Assembly (NCBI GenBank): GCA_016282375.1
Contig: JAEEKI010000023.1
Location: 14,840 to 78,839 of the forward strand
DNA from: Bacillales bacterium
GTDB lineage: Bacteria; Bacillota_I; Bacilli_A; RF39; UBA660
Length of the DNA: 64,000 nucleotides
Direction: 5' to 3'
The stretch's first letter is position 1; the number at the start of each line of letters is the position of its first letter. Both the position numbers and the translations under genes were made by a program. The notes beneath the pieces are model-generated. The model saw nothing but the letters and a program-made list of their open reading frames with translations, did not search any database and was not told the DNA's origin. This document shows positions 9,841 to 20,719 of the stretch, in pieces.

Positions 9841-10885
9841 ACTTCATACCTTCCTTTATTTTTAATTTACTATTTATATCTTTCTTCTCCCGTCTGTCAT
9901 AATGACTTTCTTCTTTCTTTTTATCGATTAAATTCATAACAAACGTTTGAATAACTATAAATGCATATGTAACAATCCAGTATAAAGCAATGGCTGTTGG
10001 TAAACTAAATGATGCAAATGTAATAAATACGGTCATAACAATCAACATCGTTTTCATTTGACTTTGTCCTTCAGCATTTGGCATTTGATTCTTAGACATT
10101 GAATACTTAAATGAAAAATATGTTGTTAAACTAATTAATACTACTAGAATAATAAATGAATATTGATGATTAGCAATACCTACACTTGGTGTTGTTCCCA
10201 AATTCCAACCAAATATCTTTCCTTCATATATAGCCGGTATTTTATAAATTGCTTGTAAGAAAGCAAAGAATAAAGGTAATTGAATTAAAGCAAGTACACA
10301 ACTTAATACAGGATTTATCTTATATTTTCGATAAACTGCCATGGTTTCTTGCGTTTTCATCATCATTGATTCTTGATCAGTACGTCCTGCATACTTCTTT
10401 TCAATCTTTTGTAATTCAGGAGTTGCTTTTTGAATTCCCTTACTTTGTCTTTGGGTCTTAATATTAAATGGTAAGATAATAATTCTGATTAATAACCCTA
10501 TTACAATTAAAGATAAACCTAAGTAAGCATTTTTAAGACCCCATGACTTAAATACATAACCTAATTTAAGAATAATATAAGCAAGAGGTTTAACAAATAA
10601 GAATTGCCATACACTTCTTGTTTTATTAGATGTTATCTTAAATTTATTACATTCTGGTAACTTAGATAACTTAGGTGACATTTGATCTTCATATTTTTCA
10701 TATAACTTATATATATCTGTATCTTTAGATGGCTTACAGAAGATACTCTTTTGAAGATTTTGACCTGTTGTTTCATTAATAACAATCTTACCTGCATCAT
10801 CCTTAATATAATTATTAGCTCCACATCCTGTTGTTAATAATATAACTGATAGTAGAATAATACTCATTATTTTTTTATTTTTCAT
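9824..10885 (-). CDS. yidC: Membrane protein insertase YidC/SpoIIIJ family (lipoprotein)
   Basis: Lipobox LLTTGC. Multiple TM helices. Basic C-terminal tail. Located downstream of rnpA. Confidence 0.85.
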   Translation of the reverse strand: MKNKKIMSIILLSVILLTTGCGANNYIKDDAGKIVINETTGQNLQKSIFCKPSKDTDIYKLYEKYEDQMSPKLSKLPECNKFKITSNKTRSVWQFLFVKPLAYIILKLGYVFKSWGLKNAYLGLSLIVIGLLIRIIILPFNIKTQRQSKGIQKATPELQKIEKKYAGRTDQESMMMKTQETMAVYRKYKINPVLSCVLALIQLPLFFAFLQAIYKIPAIYEGKIFGWNLGTTPSVGIANHQYSFIILVVLISLTTYFSFKYSMSKNQMPNAEGQSQMKTMLIVMTVFITFASFSLPTAIALYWIVTYAFIVIQTFVMNLIDKKKEESHYDRREKKDINSKLKIKEGMKYGKNN

Positions 10886-11207
10886 TTAAATCTCCTATTA
10901 ATGTTTTAAGACTTAATGATTTATCATTATAACTAGCCGTTAAACACGTTTTCTTAATTATTATAATATACTTTCGATTATTTTTAAATAGCAACTTATT
11001 TTCGTCAATAAGAGCTTTTGTTTGCCTTTTCAATCTGTTTCTTATAACTGCATTACCACATTTTTTTTGCGTAGTAACTCCAAAAAGTTTATTATTAGAA
11101 TCTATATCAACATAAAAAATTGTAAAAAATTGATTACTTGCTTTTTTACCATTATTAATTATGTAATTAAAATCATTACTAGATTTAATAATTTCCCTTT
11201 TTTTCAT
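10875..11207 (-). CDS. rnpA: RNase P protein component
   Basis: 110-aa basic protein downstream of rpmH. Typical rpmH-rnpA-yidC order. Confidence 0.9.
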   Translation of the reverse strand: MKKREIIKSSNDFNYIINNGKKASNQFFTIFYVDIDSNNKLFGVTTQKKCGNAVIRNRLKRQTKALIDENKLLFKNNRKYIIIIKKTCLTASYNDKSLSLKTLIGDLNEK

Positions 11208-11227
11208 AAACTATCCCAAATTGAAAA

Positions 11228-11247
11228 AAAACCACGATGATGTGGTT
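11228..11247 (-). terminator. Attenuator/terminator hairpin between rpmH and rnpA
   Basis: Stem aaaccac/gtggttt with a 6-nt loop, followed on the minus strand by a T-run. Confidence 0.4.
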
Positions 11248-11369
11248 TATTTTGATAAAACTTTTCTTCCTTTTCTACGACGTGAAGATAAAACTTTTCC
11301 ACCTTTTCTTGAAAAAAAGCCATGAGTTTTCTTCATTTTTCTTTTATTAGGTTGATATGTTCTTTTCAT
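11247..11369 (-). CDS. rpmH: 50S ribosomal protein L34
   Basis: Manual reverse translation gives [40 protein letters not shown]. It is not in the ORF track because it is short. Confidence 0.9.
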   Translation of the reverse strand: MKRTYQPNKRKMKKTHGFFSRKGGKVLSSRRRKGRKVLSK

Positions 11370-11467
11370 ATAATATTTCTCCTTTTTAGCGTTCTTATTA
11401 TAATATTTTAATTAACACTATGTCAAGAATAAATATTTACTTTTATATATAATAATGAAAGAAAAAT

Positions 11468-11626
11468 TTATCAACATAAAAATTATCAACAAAATCAACA
11501 ACATTAAAAAATAGGGAATGTTAATAAAATAAAATTATCAACAAATGAATTTTGTTGAAAGTGTTGATATGTTATGTTATCATACTAAACAAAAGGATAA
11601 AATGGTGTTGATAATATTGTTGATAA
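11468..11626. promoter_or_regulatory. oriC upstream DnaA-box cluster (at least 6 TTATCAACA-type boxes) plus AT-rich region
   Basis: TTATCAACA at 11469, 11484 and 11535. Reverse-complement TGTTGATA(A/T) at 11562, 11606 and 11618. Located between rpmH and dnaA. Confidence 0.7.
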
Positions 11627-11710
11627 CTATTTAAGATACACATTTTTCTTTATCTTTAAATCAAAATAAGATACAATGAAATTGTTAATAATTATGAGTG
11701 GGGTAAGGGT

Positions 11711-13066
11711 ATGAATGAAAATGAAATATTCAAAAACTTTTTAGAGTATATTCAACCAAAAGTTAATTTGAATTCTTTTAATTTATGGTTTGCATCTTTA
11801 GAACCTTTATCTTTTGATGGAGAGATATTAAATATCAAAGTACCAACATTAACTCATAAAAAAATACTTACTGATACATATAAAGATGTTGTAGATGAAG
11901 CGTTTTATGCAACTTTAAATAAAAAGATTCAAGTACAATATTATACTAATGATGAAATAGAAGCTGAAAAAGAGAAGAATAGTACAGTAATTGATGTTAG
12001 TCAATATCTAGAAGATGATTGGGAAAGTAATTTAAATCCTAATTTTACTTTTGATACCTTTGTAGTAGGGGATTCTAATAAATTTGCTGTTATGAATGCT
12101 CACATAGTTGCCGAAAATCCTGGTGTTGAGATTAATCCTTTCTTCTTATATGGAAAAAGTGGAATAGGTAAGACACACTTAATGCAAGCTATTGGTAACT
12201 ATATAATGGCTAATTCTAAAAAGAAAGTTCTTTATGTATCAAGTGAAGAATTTAGAGATGATTACACGGGTATTGCTAGTGTTAGTAAAGGTATAGATAC
12301 CATGAATTATGCCACTAGTTTTAAAAGAAAATACCAAAATGTTGATGTATTAATAATTGATGATATCCAATTTCTAGTAGATGCCGTTAAATCTCAACAA
12401 GAATTCTTCCATATATTTACGAATCTATATAATGCTAATAAACAAATTATCATCAGTAGCGATAAACCACCAGAAGAGTTAAAAAAATTTGAAGATCGTC
12501 TTCGTAGTCGATTTATGATGGGCTTATCGGTTGATATTCAACCACCAGATTTTGATCTAAAATGTAAGATAATTAAAAAGAAGATAGAAAATACAACTTT
12601 AAAAGGTAAATTAGACCATGAAATAATCGAATATATAGCTAATTCATGTAAGAATGATATTCGCCAAATCGAAGGGACTATCAAAAGATTAATGGCCTAT
12701 ACAGCGATGATGGGACCTACCAAAATTGATTTGAATTTTACAATGGAAGCACTCAATGATTACTTAAAAGTTAATATTTATGCAGAAAACTCTATTAGTA
12801 AAATTCAAAATATCGTTGCTGATTATTTCAATATATCAGTAAGTGATTTAAAAAGTAAAAAGAAAACTGCTAATATTGCAAAACCAAGACATATAGCTAT
12901 GTATCTATGTCGAGTTGATACAGAAGAAGGTTTAGCAAGAATTGGCTTAGAATTTGGAGGGAGGGATCATTCCACAGTATCTTCAGCACTGGATAAAATT
13001 ACTAGCGAATTAAAAACCGATAGTAAATTAAACATGATAATAAAGGATATTGAAAGTAAGTTATAA
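11711..13066 (+). CDS. dnaA: Chromosomal replication initiator DnaA
   Basis: AAA+ Walker A GKSGIGKTHLMQAIGN, IDDIQFL, and a C-terminal DNA-binding domain. Confidence 0.97.
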   Translation: MNENEIFKNFLEYIQPKVNLNSFNLWFASLEPLSFDGEILNIKVPTLTHKKILTDTYKDVVDEAFYATLNKKIQVQYYTNDEIEAEKEKNSTVIDVSQYLEDDWESNLNPNFTFDTFVVGDSNKFAVMNAHIVAENPGVEINPFFLYGKSGIGKTHLMQAIGNYIMANSKKKVLYVSSEEFRDDYTGIASVSKGIDTMNYATSFKRKYQNVDVLIIDDIQFLVDAVKSQQEFFHIFTNLYNANKQIIISSDKPPEELKKFEDRLRSRFMMGLSVDIQPPDFDLKCKIIKKKIENTTLKGKLDHEIIEYIANSCKNDIRQIEGTIKRLMAYTAMMGPTKIDLNFTMEALNDYLKVNIYAENSISKIQNIVADYFNISVSDLKSKKKTANIAKPRHIAMYLCRVDTEEGLARIGLEFGGRDHSTVSSALDKITSELKTDSKLNMIIKDIESKL

Positions 13067-13069
13067 AAA

Positions 13070-13127
13070 ATGTTGATAAAAAATGGATTAAACATTGAAT
13101 AAATAAGCATTAAAAAAGTTATCAACA
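13070..13127. promoter_or_regulatory. oriC downstream DnaA-box cluster (between dnaA and dnaN)
   Basis: TGTTGATAA at 13070 and TTATCAACA at 13119, plus degenerate copies in AT-rich sequence. This is a bipartite origin like that of Bacillus. Confidence 0.55.
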
Positions 13128-13187
13128 ACAATCAACATTATAATAAATATAATTATTAAAAATATAAAATAAGAAAGAGGGAACAAT

Positions 13188-14306
13188 ATGAAATTTACAA
13201 TTGATAAAAACATTTTTTTAGAGGCTTTATATAATGTTACTAAAGCTTTATCTCAAAAGATAACAATACCTGTCTTAAATGGTATAGTTATTGATGTGAA
13301 TAAAAAGGGAATTGAATTATTAGCAAGTGATAGTGAACTAACAATTAAAGTAACTATTGATAAGAAAGATATTAAAAATATAGATAAAGAAGGAAAGTTA
13401 ATAATCCAAAGCCGCTATATTTTAGATATTGTTCGTAAAATGCCAAGTGATATTATTAATTTTGAAAGTTCTGATAATAATACCGTAAAAATATATACAG
13501 ATACTAATGAATTCTTACTAAATTGTTATAATTTGGAAGATTATCCTAATATATCTTTAGATTTAAACAAGAATTTTATCACCTTACAATCAACAATTTT
13601 AAGACAAATTATTAATCAAACTTCTTATGCGATGTCTACCCAAGAAGTAAGACCTTTATTAACAGGACTAAATCTTAAGATAAATGGTGATTTATTAGAG
13701 TGTATTGCTACTGATTCGTATCGTTTAGCTAAAAAAGTAGTTAAATTAAATGAACCAATCGAGGATTCAGTTAATATTGTTATACCTGGAAAAAGTGTTA
13801 ACGAATTAGTATCTATCTTAAAAGATGAAGAAGATGTTAAAATACATATCTTTAGTAACAAAATTTTGTTCGAATTTAAGAATATTATGTTACAAAGTAC
13901 TTTATTAAATGGTACTTATCCAGATACAACTAATTATATTCCTAAAGAATTTTCTTATATAATAGATTTAAAATTAAAAGATTTTTACGATGCTATTGAT
14001 CGAGCTTCCATTATTACTTTAAGTAAAGATAAAAACATTGTTAAAATGTGTATTGATGATAAAATTATGACTATTTTAGGAAGTTCATCAGAAAATGGTA
14101 AGACTAAAGAAGAAATAAGTATTGAATCTAATAATAAAAATAGATTAGATATTAGTTTTTCATCTAAATATATGATGGATGCTTTAAAAGTATTAGATAC
14201 AACTCAAATTATTCTTCAGATAAATGGTGATGATAAACCAATTATTATTAACGCTGTAGATGATGATACAGTAATTGAGTTAATTTTACCAATAAAAACA
14301 TATTAG
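13188..14306 (+). CDS. dnaN: DNA polymerase III beta sliding clamp
   Basis: 372 aa. N-terminus MKFTIDKNIFLEALYNV. Synteny dnaA-dnaN. Confidence 0.95.
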   Translation: MKFTIDKNIFLEALYNVTKALSQKITIPVLNGIVIDVNKKGIELLASDSELTIKVTIDKKDIKNIDKEGKLIIQSRYILDIVRKMPSDIINFESSDNNTVKIYTDTNEFLLNCYNLEDYPNISLDLNKNFITLQSTILRQIINQTSYAMSTQEVRPLLTGLNLKINGDLLECIATDSYRLAKKVVKLNEPIEDSVNIVIPGKSVNELVSILKDEEDVKIHIFSNKILFEFKNIMLQSTLLNGTYPDTTNYIPKEFSYIIDLKLKDFYDAIDRASIITLSKDKNIVKMCIDDKIMTILGSSSENGKTKEEISIESNNKNRLDISFSSKYMMDALKVLDTTQIILQINGDDKPIIINAVDDDTVIELILPIKTY

Positions 14307-14368
14307 TAACAAAAACTGACATTTTTTGCATAAATAATGTGTTATAAGATGGTTGTCAGGGGAGAAAT

Positions 14369-14806
14369 ATGGAAAATCTTATAACAGAAAAAACAATCTT
14401 AATCGTCAAAGAGGGGAATAATTCATATCTTTATGAAAGTAATAACAAACGTTTTCTTCATAAAAAAATATATGATGTTATTAATGAAGGATGCAATTAT
14501 TACGGTAGTTCATATAAAGGAAGAGTCGAAGGTTCAAATTATTTATTAGGTTCAATATATAAAGCACCAATCATTATTAGTGAGACTAAAAATATTATTA
14601 TGTTTCCGACCACCTCGTTTGCTTGTGATGACTGTATGTGGATAAATTATGCATGGATAGATAAATATTACTATGATAATAATAAGTCGGTTATTTTGTT
14701 TAAAAATGGTCTTAAAATTGATATTAATCTTTCTTCAAAAATAATTAATAATCAAATCTTAAGATCATCACGTTTAGAATCAATATTAAAAAGCAAAAAA
14801 CGATGA
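14369..14806 (+). CDS. ComK-family protein (competence transcription factor-like)
   Basis: CNYYGSSYKGRVEGSNYLLGSIYKAPIIISETKNIIMFPTTSFACDDCMWINYAWI aligns to B. subtilis ComK CRFFGSSYAGRKAGTYEVTKISHKPPIMVDPSNQIFLFPTLSSTRPQCGWISHVHV. The C-terminal ...SRLESIL aligns to ...RTAWLRTKF. Confidence 0.6.
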   Translation: MENLITEKTILIVKEGNNSYLYESNNKRFLHKKIYDVINEGCNYYGSSYKGRVEGSNYLLGSIYKAPIIISETKNIIMFPTTSFACDDCMWINYAWIDKYYYDNNKSVILFKNGLKIDINLSSKIINNQILRSSRLESILKSKKR

Positions 14807-14820
14807 TTTTGCTTTTTTTA
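14791..14820 (+). terminator. Rho-independent terminator after the comK-like gene
   Basis: Stem aagcaaaa/ttttgctt with an 8-nt loop overlapping the stop codon, followed by TTTTTT. Confidence 0.5.
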
Positions 14821-14830
14821 ATGCCATATT

Positions 14831-14841
14831 TGTGATATAAT
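14831..14841 (+). promoter_or_regulatory. Extended -10 element (TGaTATAAT) upstream of recF
   Basis: tgtgatataat lies 65 nt upstream of the recF ATG. No good -35 is present, since it overlaps the terminator T-run. Confidence 0.3.
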
Positions 14842-14908
14842 GTTATTGCGTATAGGAGTACGAGGCAATTAGAAAAATCAAAAATTTTGCACAAAAAAGA
14901 GGTTTAAC

Positions 14909-16012
14909 ATGAAATTACAAAATTTAGTCCTAAAAAACTTTCGAAATTATTCACATCTTGATCTTGATTTTTCTGATACATTAAATATCATTTATGGTGA
15001 TAATGGCAGTGGTAAATCAAATTTAATTGAAGGAATATATATTCTGGCTTTAACTAAGTCATTTAGGACAAATAATGATTTAAATCTTATTAAGAATAAT
15101 GAAGCTAAGTGCTCGATAATAGGAAATATTATTACAAATGAAAAGACTACTTATCAAATAGATTTAGATAATGCTGGTAAAACGGTTTATATAGATTCAG
15201 ATAAAGTTACTAAGATTAGTGATTTTGTTACAAAAATAAACATTGTCTTATTTAATCCGTTAGATACTAGAATAATAAGTGATTCACCAGCTTTTCGAAG
15301 AAGAATGTTAAATATTGAAATATCACAAATAAATAGGGAATATCTTAATTTATTAAGTGATTATAATAAGTTATTAAAAAATCGTAATGCTTATTTAAAA
15401 CAATTATTAATAAATGGTAATTCTTCGACAGAGTATTTAGATATTCTTACTCGTAAACTGGTGGAAAATGGTTTAAAAATTCATTTAATTAGAAAAGAGT
15501 ATATTGATAAAATTAATAGCTATATATCTGATATTTACCGTAATATTTTTGAATATGGTGAATTAAAAATAAATTATAAAAGTATATATACAAACAAAAG
15601 TATGGATAAGATGCTGGAGATGTATCAAAAGAATTATCGTAAAGAAATGAATTATAGCAAAACTTTGTTCGGTATTCATCATGATGATATTGAAATATTA
15701 CTAGATGGTCATAATATTAAGGAATACGGTAGTGTAGGACAACAAAAAAACTCAATAATATCTTTTAAATTAGCAGAAGTTTTAATAATTAAAAGTGTTA
15801 AAAATGAGTATCCAATACTTATTTTAGATGATTTATTTAGTGAACTCGATAATACCAAAATAAATAATATTATAAAAATGTTAAATAGAGAAGTACAAAC
15901 ATTTATTACGACAACAAGTATTGATAAAGTAAGTAAAGATTTATTAGTAGACGCAACATTATATCAAGTAAAAGATGGCGTCATTGAAAGGAATGATACT
16001 AATGGAAAATGA
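14909..16012 (+). CDS. recF: DNA replication and repair protein RecF
   Basis: Walker [17 protein letters not shown]-like fold. Located between dnaN and gyrB. Confidence 0.95.
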   Translation: MKLQNLVLKNFRNYSHLDLDFSDTLNIIYGDNGSGKSNLIEGIYILALTKSFRTNNDLNLIKNNEAKCSIIGNIITNEKTTYQIDLDNAGKTVYIDSDKVTKISDFVTKINIVLFNPLDTRIISDSPAFRRRMLNIEISQINREYLNLLSDYNKLLKNRNAYLKQLLINGNSSTEYLDILTRKLVENGLKIHLIRKEYIDKINSYISDIYRNIFEYGELKINYKSIYTNKSMDKMLEMYQKNYRKEMNYSKTLFGIHHDDIEILLDGHNIKEYGSVGQQKNSIISFKLAEVLIIKSVKNEYPILILDDLFSELDNTKINNIIKMLNREVQTFITTTSIDKVSKDLLVDATLYQVKDGVIERNDTNGK

Positions 16013-17927
16013 ACAAAAGTATACTGAAAATGATATTCAAGTTTTAGAGGGTCTTGAAGCGGTTCGTAAAAGACCAGGTATGTACATTGGAACAACTGAT
16101 ATTAAAGGTCTTCATCATTTAGTATGGGAAATTGTTGATAACTCAATTGATGAAGCTTTAGCAGGATATTGTAATAGTATTGAGATTATTATAAATAAAG
16201 ATAATTCAGTTACAGTCAAGGATAATGGTCGAGGAATTCCAGTTGGTATCCATCCTAAAACAGGTATTTCGACGGTTGAAACTGTTTATACAGTATTGCA
16301 TGCTGGTGGAAAATTTGGTGGTGGCGGATACAAGGTATCTGGTGGACTACATGGTGTAGGTGCTTCCGTTGTTAATGCTTTATCTTCCTCAGTAGTGGTT
16401 ACCGTTTATAAAGAAGGCAAAATTTATGAAGTTAAATTTGCTAATGGTGGAAAAACGGTTCAACCATTAAAAGTTATTGGGGATTGTGAAGATAATCGTA
16501 CAGGAACAACTGTTACCTTTAAACCAGATCCTTCGATTTTTGATACTGTGATTTTTGATTATGAGACTTTAAAGATAAGAGTAAGAGAATTAGCCTTTTT
16601 AAATAAAGGGTTAAAACTTACTTTAAGAGATGACCGTGATGAAGAAGATACCACTGGAGATAGTTTTTGTTATGAAGGTGGTATTTCGGAATATGTTAGA
16701 TTTATTAACCAAGGAAAAACGCCAATTCATGAAGATATTATCCATTTAGAGGGAACGGAAGAAAATGTTTTCTTTGAAGTAGCTATGCAATATAATACCG
16801 GCTATAATGATAACATTTATTCCTTTGTAAATAATATTAATACTCACGATGGTGGTACACATGAAGAAGGTGTGCGTCGGGCTTTAACAAGAGTAATCAA
16901 CAGCTATGCTCGTAAGAATGGAATGTTAAAAGAAAAAGATGAATCTTTAACAGGTGATGATGTTAAAGAAGGATTATCAATGATTATTTCTTGTAAGCAC
17001 CCAAATCCTCAATTTGAAGGACAAACCAAAGGTAGATTAGGTAATTCAGAAGTTAGAAAACTAGCAGATAGTGTATTTTCTACAGGTTTTGAAAAATTTT
17101 TGTTAGAGAATCCTGAAGATGCACGTTTAATAGTTAATAAAGCCATGCTTGCATGTCGGGCAAGAAATGCGGCGAAAAAAGCTAGAGAAATAACGAGAAA
17201 AAGCGACCTACAAACAACTAATTTCTTTGGTAAATTATCTGATTGTAAGAGTAAAGATCCAAAAGTATCTGAGATATTTATCGTCGAGGGAGATTCCGCT
17301 GGTGGTAGTGCTAAAAAGGGTCGTGATTCAATGACACAAGCCATACTACCATTAAGAGGCAAAATTTTAAACGTTGAAAAAGCTCGATTAGATAAAGCTT
17401 TAGGAAACGAAGAAATACGAACAATTATAACGGCTTTTGGTACTGGAATAGGCGAAGAATTTGATTTATCTAAGTTACGTTATGACAAAATAATCATCAT
17501 GACCGATGCCGATGTCGATGGATCACATATTAGAGTATTGCTTTTAACTTTGTTTTATCGCTTTTTCAGACCAATTGTAGAAGCAGGACATGTTTATGCT
17601 GCGCAACCTCCTTTATATCGAATAATGCATGGTAAAACACGTAAATATGTTTTAAATGATGAAGAGAAAGATAAATATTTAGCAACGTTAAGTGATGCTG
17701 TAAGACAAAAAGCTGAAGTAGCCAGAATGAAAGGTCTTGGTGAAATGGATGCGGAAGAACTTAATGAAACAACAATGGATATTGAAAAAAGGGTTCTTCG
17801 GAAAATTACTGTTGATGATTGTGTTTCGGCGGATGCTATTTTTGAAAAATTAATGGGCGATGAAGTTGAACCAAGAAGAGATTTCATTGTTGAAAACGCT
17901 GGATATGCAATCAACATTGATATATAG
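16002..17927 (+). CDS. gyrB: DNA gyrase subunit B
   Basis: [34 protein letters not shown] ATPase and Toprim domains. The ATG at 16002 is preferred over the ORF-track start at 15975. Confidence 0.95.
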   Translation: MENEQKYTENDIQVLEGLEAVRKRPGMYIGTTDIKGLHHLVWEIVDNSIDEALAGYCNSIEIIINKDNSVTVKDNGRGIPVGIHPKTGISTVETVYTVLHAGGKFGGGGYKVSGGLHGVGASVVNALSSSVVVTVYKEGKIYEVKFANGGKTVQPLKVIGDCEDNRTGTTVTFKPDPSIFDTVIFDYETLKIRVRELAFLNKGLKLTLRDDRDEEDTTGDSFCYEGGISEYVRFINQGKTPIHEDIIHLEGTEENVFFEVAMQYNTGYNDNIYSFVNNINTHDGGTHEEGVRRALTRVINSYARKNGMLKEKDESLTGDDVKEGLSMIISCKHPNPQFEGQTKGRLGNSEVRKLADSVFSTGFEKFLLENPEDARLIVNKAMLACRARNAAKKAREITRKSDLQTTNFFGKLSDCKSKDPKVSEIFIVEGDSAGGSAKKGRDSMTQAILPLRGKILNVEKARLDKALGNEEIRTIITAFGTGIGEEFDLSKLRYDKIIIMTDADVDGSHIRVLLLTLFYRFFRPIVEAGHVYAAQPPLYRIMHGKTRKYVLNDEEKDKYLATLSDAVRQKAEVARMKGLGEMDAEELNETTMDIEKRVLRKITVDDCVSADAIFEKLMGDEVEPRRDFIVENAGYAINIDI

Positions 17928-17930
17928 AAG

Positions 17931-20558
17931 GTGGGTGATATCATGAATGAAGACAATAAAGATTTAGAAGAATTATTAGAAAGAGCTGCTGAGGATCAAA
18001 ATGAGGCACCTGTAGAGCCATTTGAAGACCAAGATGATAAAAATATTGATACTCATGTTAATAACGCTGAATTTAGTGGCTATTTTCATGAGAGAGATAG
18101 TTTAACTGAAAATAATATTGTTAGTGAAGTAAGTACATCATTTTTGGAGTACTCAATGAGTGTTATAACAGCAAGAGCTTTACCGGACTTAAGAGATGGT
18201 TTAAAGCCTGTTAATAGACGTATTTTATGGGCAATGTATGAATCAGGTTATACACCAGATAAACCTCACCGTAAATCGGCAACAACTGTTGGTTATGTAA
18301 TGGGTAATTACCATCCACATGGTGATTCTTCCATTTATGAAGCAATGGTTAGAATGGCACAAGATTTTAACCAACGATATATGTTAATTGATGGACATGG
18401 TAACTTTGGTAATATCGAAGGTGATGGCGCTGCCGCCATGCGTTATACCGAATCTAGACTTGATAAATTATCTTTAGAATTACTTAGAGACATTCGTAAA
18501 GATACCGTAGATATGGATGATAACTTTGATTTTACGAAAAAAGAGCCACGCGTGTTACCGTCTAGATTTCCTAATATTTTAGTTAATGGAACAATGGGTA
18601 TTGCGGTTGGTATGGCAACAAATATTCCACCTCATAATTTAGGTGAAGTTATAGATGGATGTGTTGCTTATATTGATAATCCTGATATTGATGTTGATGG
18701 ATTAATGAAATATATTAAAGGACCAGATTTTCCAACCGGTGGTATTATCTTAGGAAATAAAGGTATTAAACAAGCTTATGAAACTGGCCGTGGTGGTATT
18801 GTAATAAGAAGTAAAGCCTCCATCGAAGAACATGGTACTCATAATGCAATTGTTATTACTGAAGTACCATATGGTGTTAATACTCTTGAATTAAAAAATA
18901 GAGTTGCTGAACTCGTTCATAACAAGATTATTGATGGTATTTCTGATTACCATACTGATTTAAAAGATGGTGTTAAAATTACTATTACTTTAAAGAAGGA
19001 TGCTAATCCTCAAGTCGTACTTAATAACCTATATAAACACACTAATTTTCAAGTTAATTACGGGATTATATTCTTAATGCTTGATAATGGTGTACCGCGT
19101 ACTTTAGGCTTAAAATCAATAATTTCCAAGTATATAGATCATCAAAAAGAAGTTATTATCCGTCGTACTAAGTTTGAATTAAATGAAGATGAAAAAAGAG
19201 TTCATATTTTAGAAGGTTTAAAGATTGCTTTAGATAATATTGATGAAGTAGTAGCAATCATTCGTTCGGCTAGTGATGATGAAGAAGCTAAGAGTAAATT
19301 AATGTCTCGTTTTGGACTATCTGAAGTTCAAAGTGATAACATCCTAGAAATGCGTTTAAAACGTTTAACAGGCTTAGAAAGAGACAAAATTGAAAGTGAA
19401 TTAAACGATTTACTAAAGGAAATTGACTATTTGAAGAGTGTTTTAGCTTCTGAACAAAAAGTATTAGATATTATTAAAGAAGAAATGCTTGAAATTAAGA
19501 AGAAATACTCAGATGAAAGACGTACACACATTGATATGACCGCTATTGAGTATATCGAAGATGAATCACTAATTCCTGAAGAAAACATCGTTGTTGCTTT
19601 ATCACATAATGGCTATATTAAAAGAGCTAATGTTGATACATATAAAACGCAACACCGTGGTGGAGTTGGGGTTAAAGGCATGGGTACAAACGAAGAAGAC
19701 TATATTGAACAATTAGTTAATTTATCTACTCATGATCATCTATTATTCTTCACAAATAAAGGTAAAGTATATCGCGTTAAAGGCTATGAAATACCTGAAT
19801 ATGGTCGTGCATCTAAAGGATTACCGGTTATTAACCTGTTAGCCATCGAAAAAGATGAAAGAGTTAATTCAATTGTTCCAGTATCACAAACGGAAAGTGA
19901 TGTTGATTATTTGTTCTTTGCAACCAAAGAGGGTATTGTTAAGAAAACATTGTTATCTGAGTTTGAAAATATCCGTAATTCTGGAAAAATATGTATTAAT
20001 TTAAGAGAAAGCGATGAATTAATAGGTGTTAAGAAAGTTAAAAAGAATGATTTTATTTTATTAGCATCCGATGCTGGAAGAATGGTAAGATTTAACGAAA
20101 CAGATGTTCGTGTTATGGGCAGAACAGCAAGCGGCGTTCGTGGAATTAATTTAGATAGTACAAACAAATGTATTTGTTTAGAAGTAGTTAACGACGAAGA
20201 CAACATCTTATTAATTACAGAAAAAGGTTATGGAAAACAAACAAAAGTTCTTGAATATCGTGAGACAAAACGTGGAAGTAAAGGTGTTAAAGCGTTAAAT
20301 ATTACAGATAAGAACGGAATTCTTGCGGCAGTAAAATTAGTTATTCCTGAAAATGATGTTATTATAATGACTAATCAAGGTATGGTTGTTAGAATACCTA
20401 TTAATCAAATATCTGAATACGGTCGAGTAACTCAAGGTGTTCGTGTTATTAATTTAAAAGATGGTCAATTAGTTGCAGCTGTTAGCTTAGTTTCTAGTGA
20501 TGAAAACGAAGAGTATTCAGAAAATAGCGCCGAAAATACGCCAAATTCTGAAGAATAA
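17931..20558 (+). CDS. gyrA: DNA gyrase subunit A
   Basis: 875 aa. Active-site region [10 protein letters not shown]-terminal beta-pinwheel repeats. Confidence 0.95.
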   Translation: MGDIMNEDNKDLEELLERAAEDQNEAPVEPFEDQDDKNIDTHVNNAEFSGYFHERDSLTENNIVSEVSTSFLEYSMSVITARALPDLRDGLKPVNRRILWAMYESGYTPDKPHRKSATTVGYVMGNYHPHGDSSIYEAMVRMAQDFNQRYMLIDGHGNFGNIEGDGAAAMRYTESRLDKLSLELLRDIRKDTVDMDDNFDFTKKEPRVLPSRFPNILVNGTMGIAVGMATNIPPHNLGEVIDGCVAYIDNPDIDVDGLMKYIKGPDFPTGGIILGNKGIKQAYETGRGGIVIRSKASIEEHGTHNAIVITEVPYGVNTLELKNRVAELVHNKIIDGISDYHTDLKDGVKITITLKKDANPQVVLNNLYKHTNFQVNYGIIFLMLDNGVPRTLGLKSIISKYIDHQKEVIIRRTKFELNEDEKRVHILEGLKIALDNIDEVVAIIRSASDDEEAKSKLMSRFGLSEVQSDNILEMRLKRLTGLERDKIESELNDLLKEIDYLKSVLASEQKVLDIIKEEMLEIKKKYSDERRTHIDMTAIEYIEDESLIPEENIVVALSHNGYIKRANVDTYKTQHRGGVGVKGMGTNEEDYIEQLVNLSTHDHLLFFTNKGKVYRVKGYEIPEYGRASKGLPVINLLAIEKDERVNSIVPVSQTESDVDYLFFATKEGIVKKTLLSEFENIRNSGKICINLRESDELIGVKKVKKNDFILLASDAGRMVRFNETDVRVMGRTASGVRGINLDSTNKCICLEVVNDEDNILLITEKGYGKQTKVLEYRETKRGSKGVKALNITDKNGILAAVKLVIPENDVIIMTNQGMVVRIPINQISEYGRVTQGVRVINLKDGQLVAAVSLVSSDENEEYSENSAENTPNSEE

Positions 20559-20566
20559 CTAGTCAA

Positions 20567-20680
20567 TGTTTCACGTGAAACATTGTTGATAAATTGTTGC
20601 TTTTATAAATTTTAATGTTACACGTGAAACATTGTTGATAATTTGTGATTAATAAAATTCGATATGTTTCACGTGAAACA
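20567..20680. repeat. Three copies of a 16-bp palindrome TGTT(T/A)CACGTGAAACA. The first two are extended to 26-nt direct repeats ending in a DnaA-box-like TTGTTGATAA
   Basis: Copies at 20567-20592, 20616-20641 (25/26 identical) and 20665-20680. They lie immediately upstream of the SRP RNA promoter and downstream of gyrA. Confidence 0.7.
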
Positions 20681-20685
20681 TATAT

Positions 20686-20714
20686 TGCAAATTAAGAAAG
20701 TATTTGGTATTATA
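20686..20714 (+). promoter_or_regulatory. Sigma-A promoter TTGCAA-17-TATTAT for SRP RNA
   Basis: ttgcaa (20686-20691), a 17-nt spacer, then tattat (20709-20714). The transcript would start around 20720. Confidence 0.5.
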
Positions 20715-20719
20715 AATAC

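Noticed and set aside
14369-14806. Initial guess that the dnaN-recF intergenic gene is the S4-like YaaA/RlbA found there in Bacillus
   Set aside because: There is no S4 signature, and the alignment to ComK motifs is much better.
14829-14843. Identical 14-mer atttgtgatataat at 14829 and 40546, considered as a dispersed repeat
   Set aside because: It is simply a consensus extended -10 promoter element (TGnTATAAT) preceded by AT-rich sequence, upstream of recF and of the TGS-kinase gene.
17009-17956. Antisense ORFs within gyrB (17009..17362 and 17594..17956, both on the - strand) and similar antisense ORFs in rplF (53956..54567), rplD (48511..48996) and gap (42447..42998)
   Set aside because: They are entirely internal to highly conserved genes on the opposite strand, with low-complexity Ser/Leu-rich translations.
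20567-20680. Possible mini-CRISPR array (three repeats of about 26 nt with 23-nt spacers)
   Set aside because: There are only three units. The repeats are themselves palindromic and contain DnaA-box-like sequence. No cas genes are present, and the third unit is truncated. It is more consistent with protein-binding sites.
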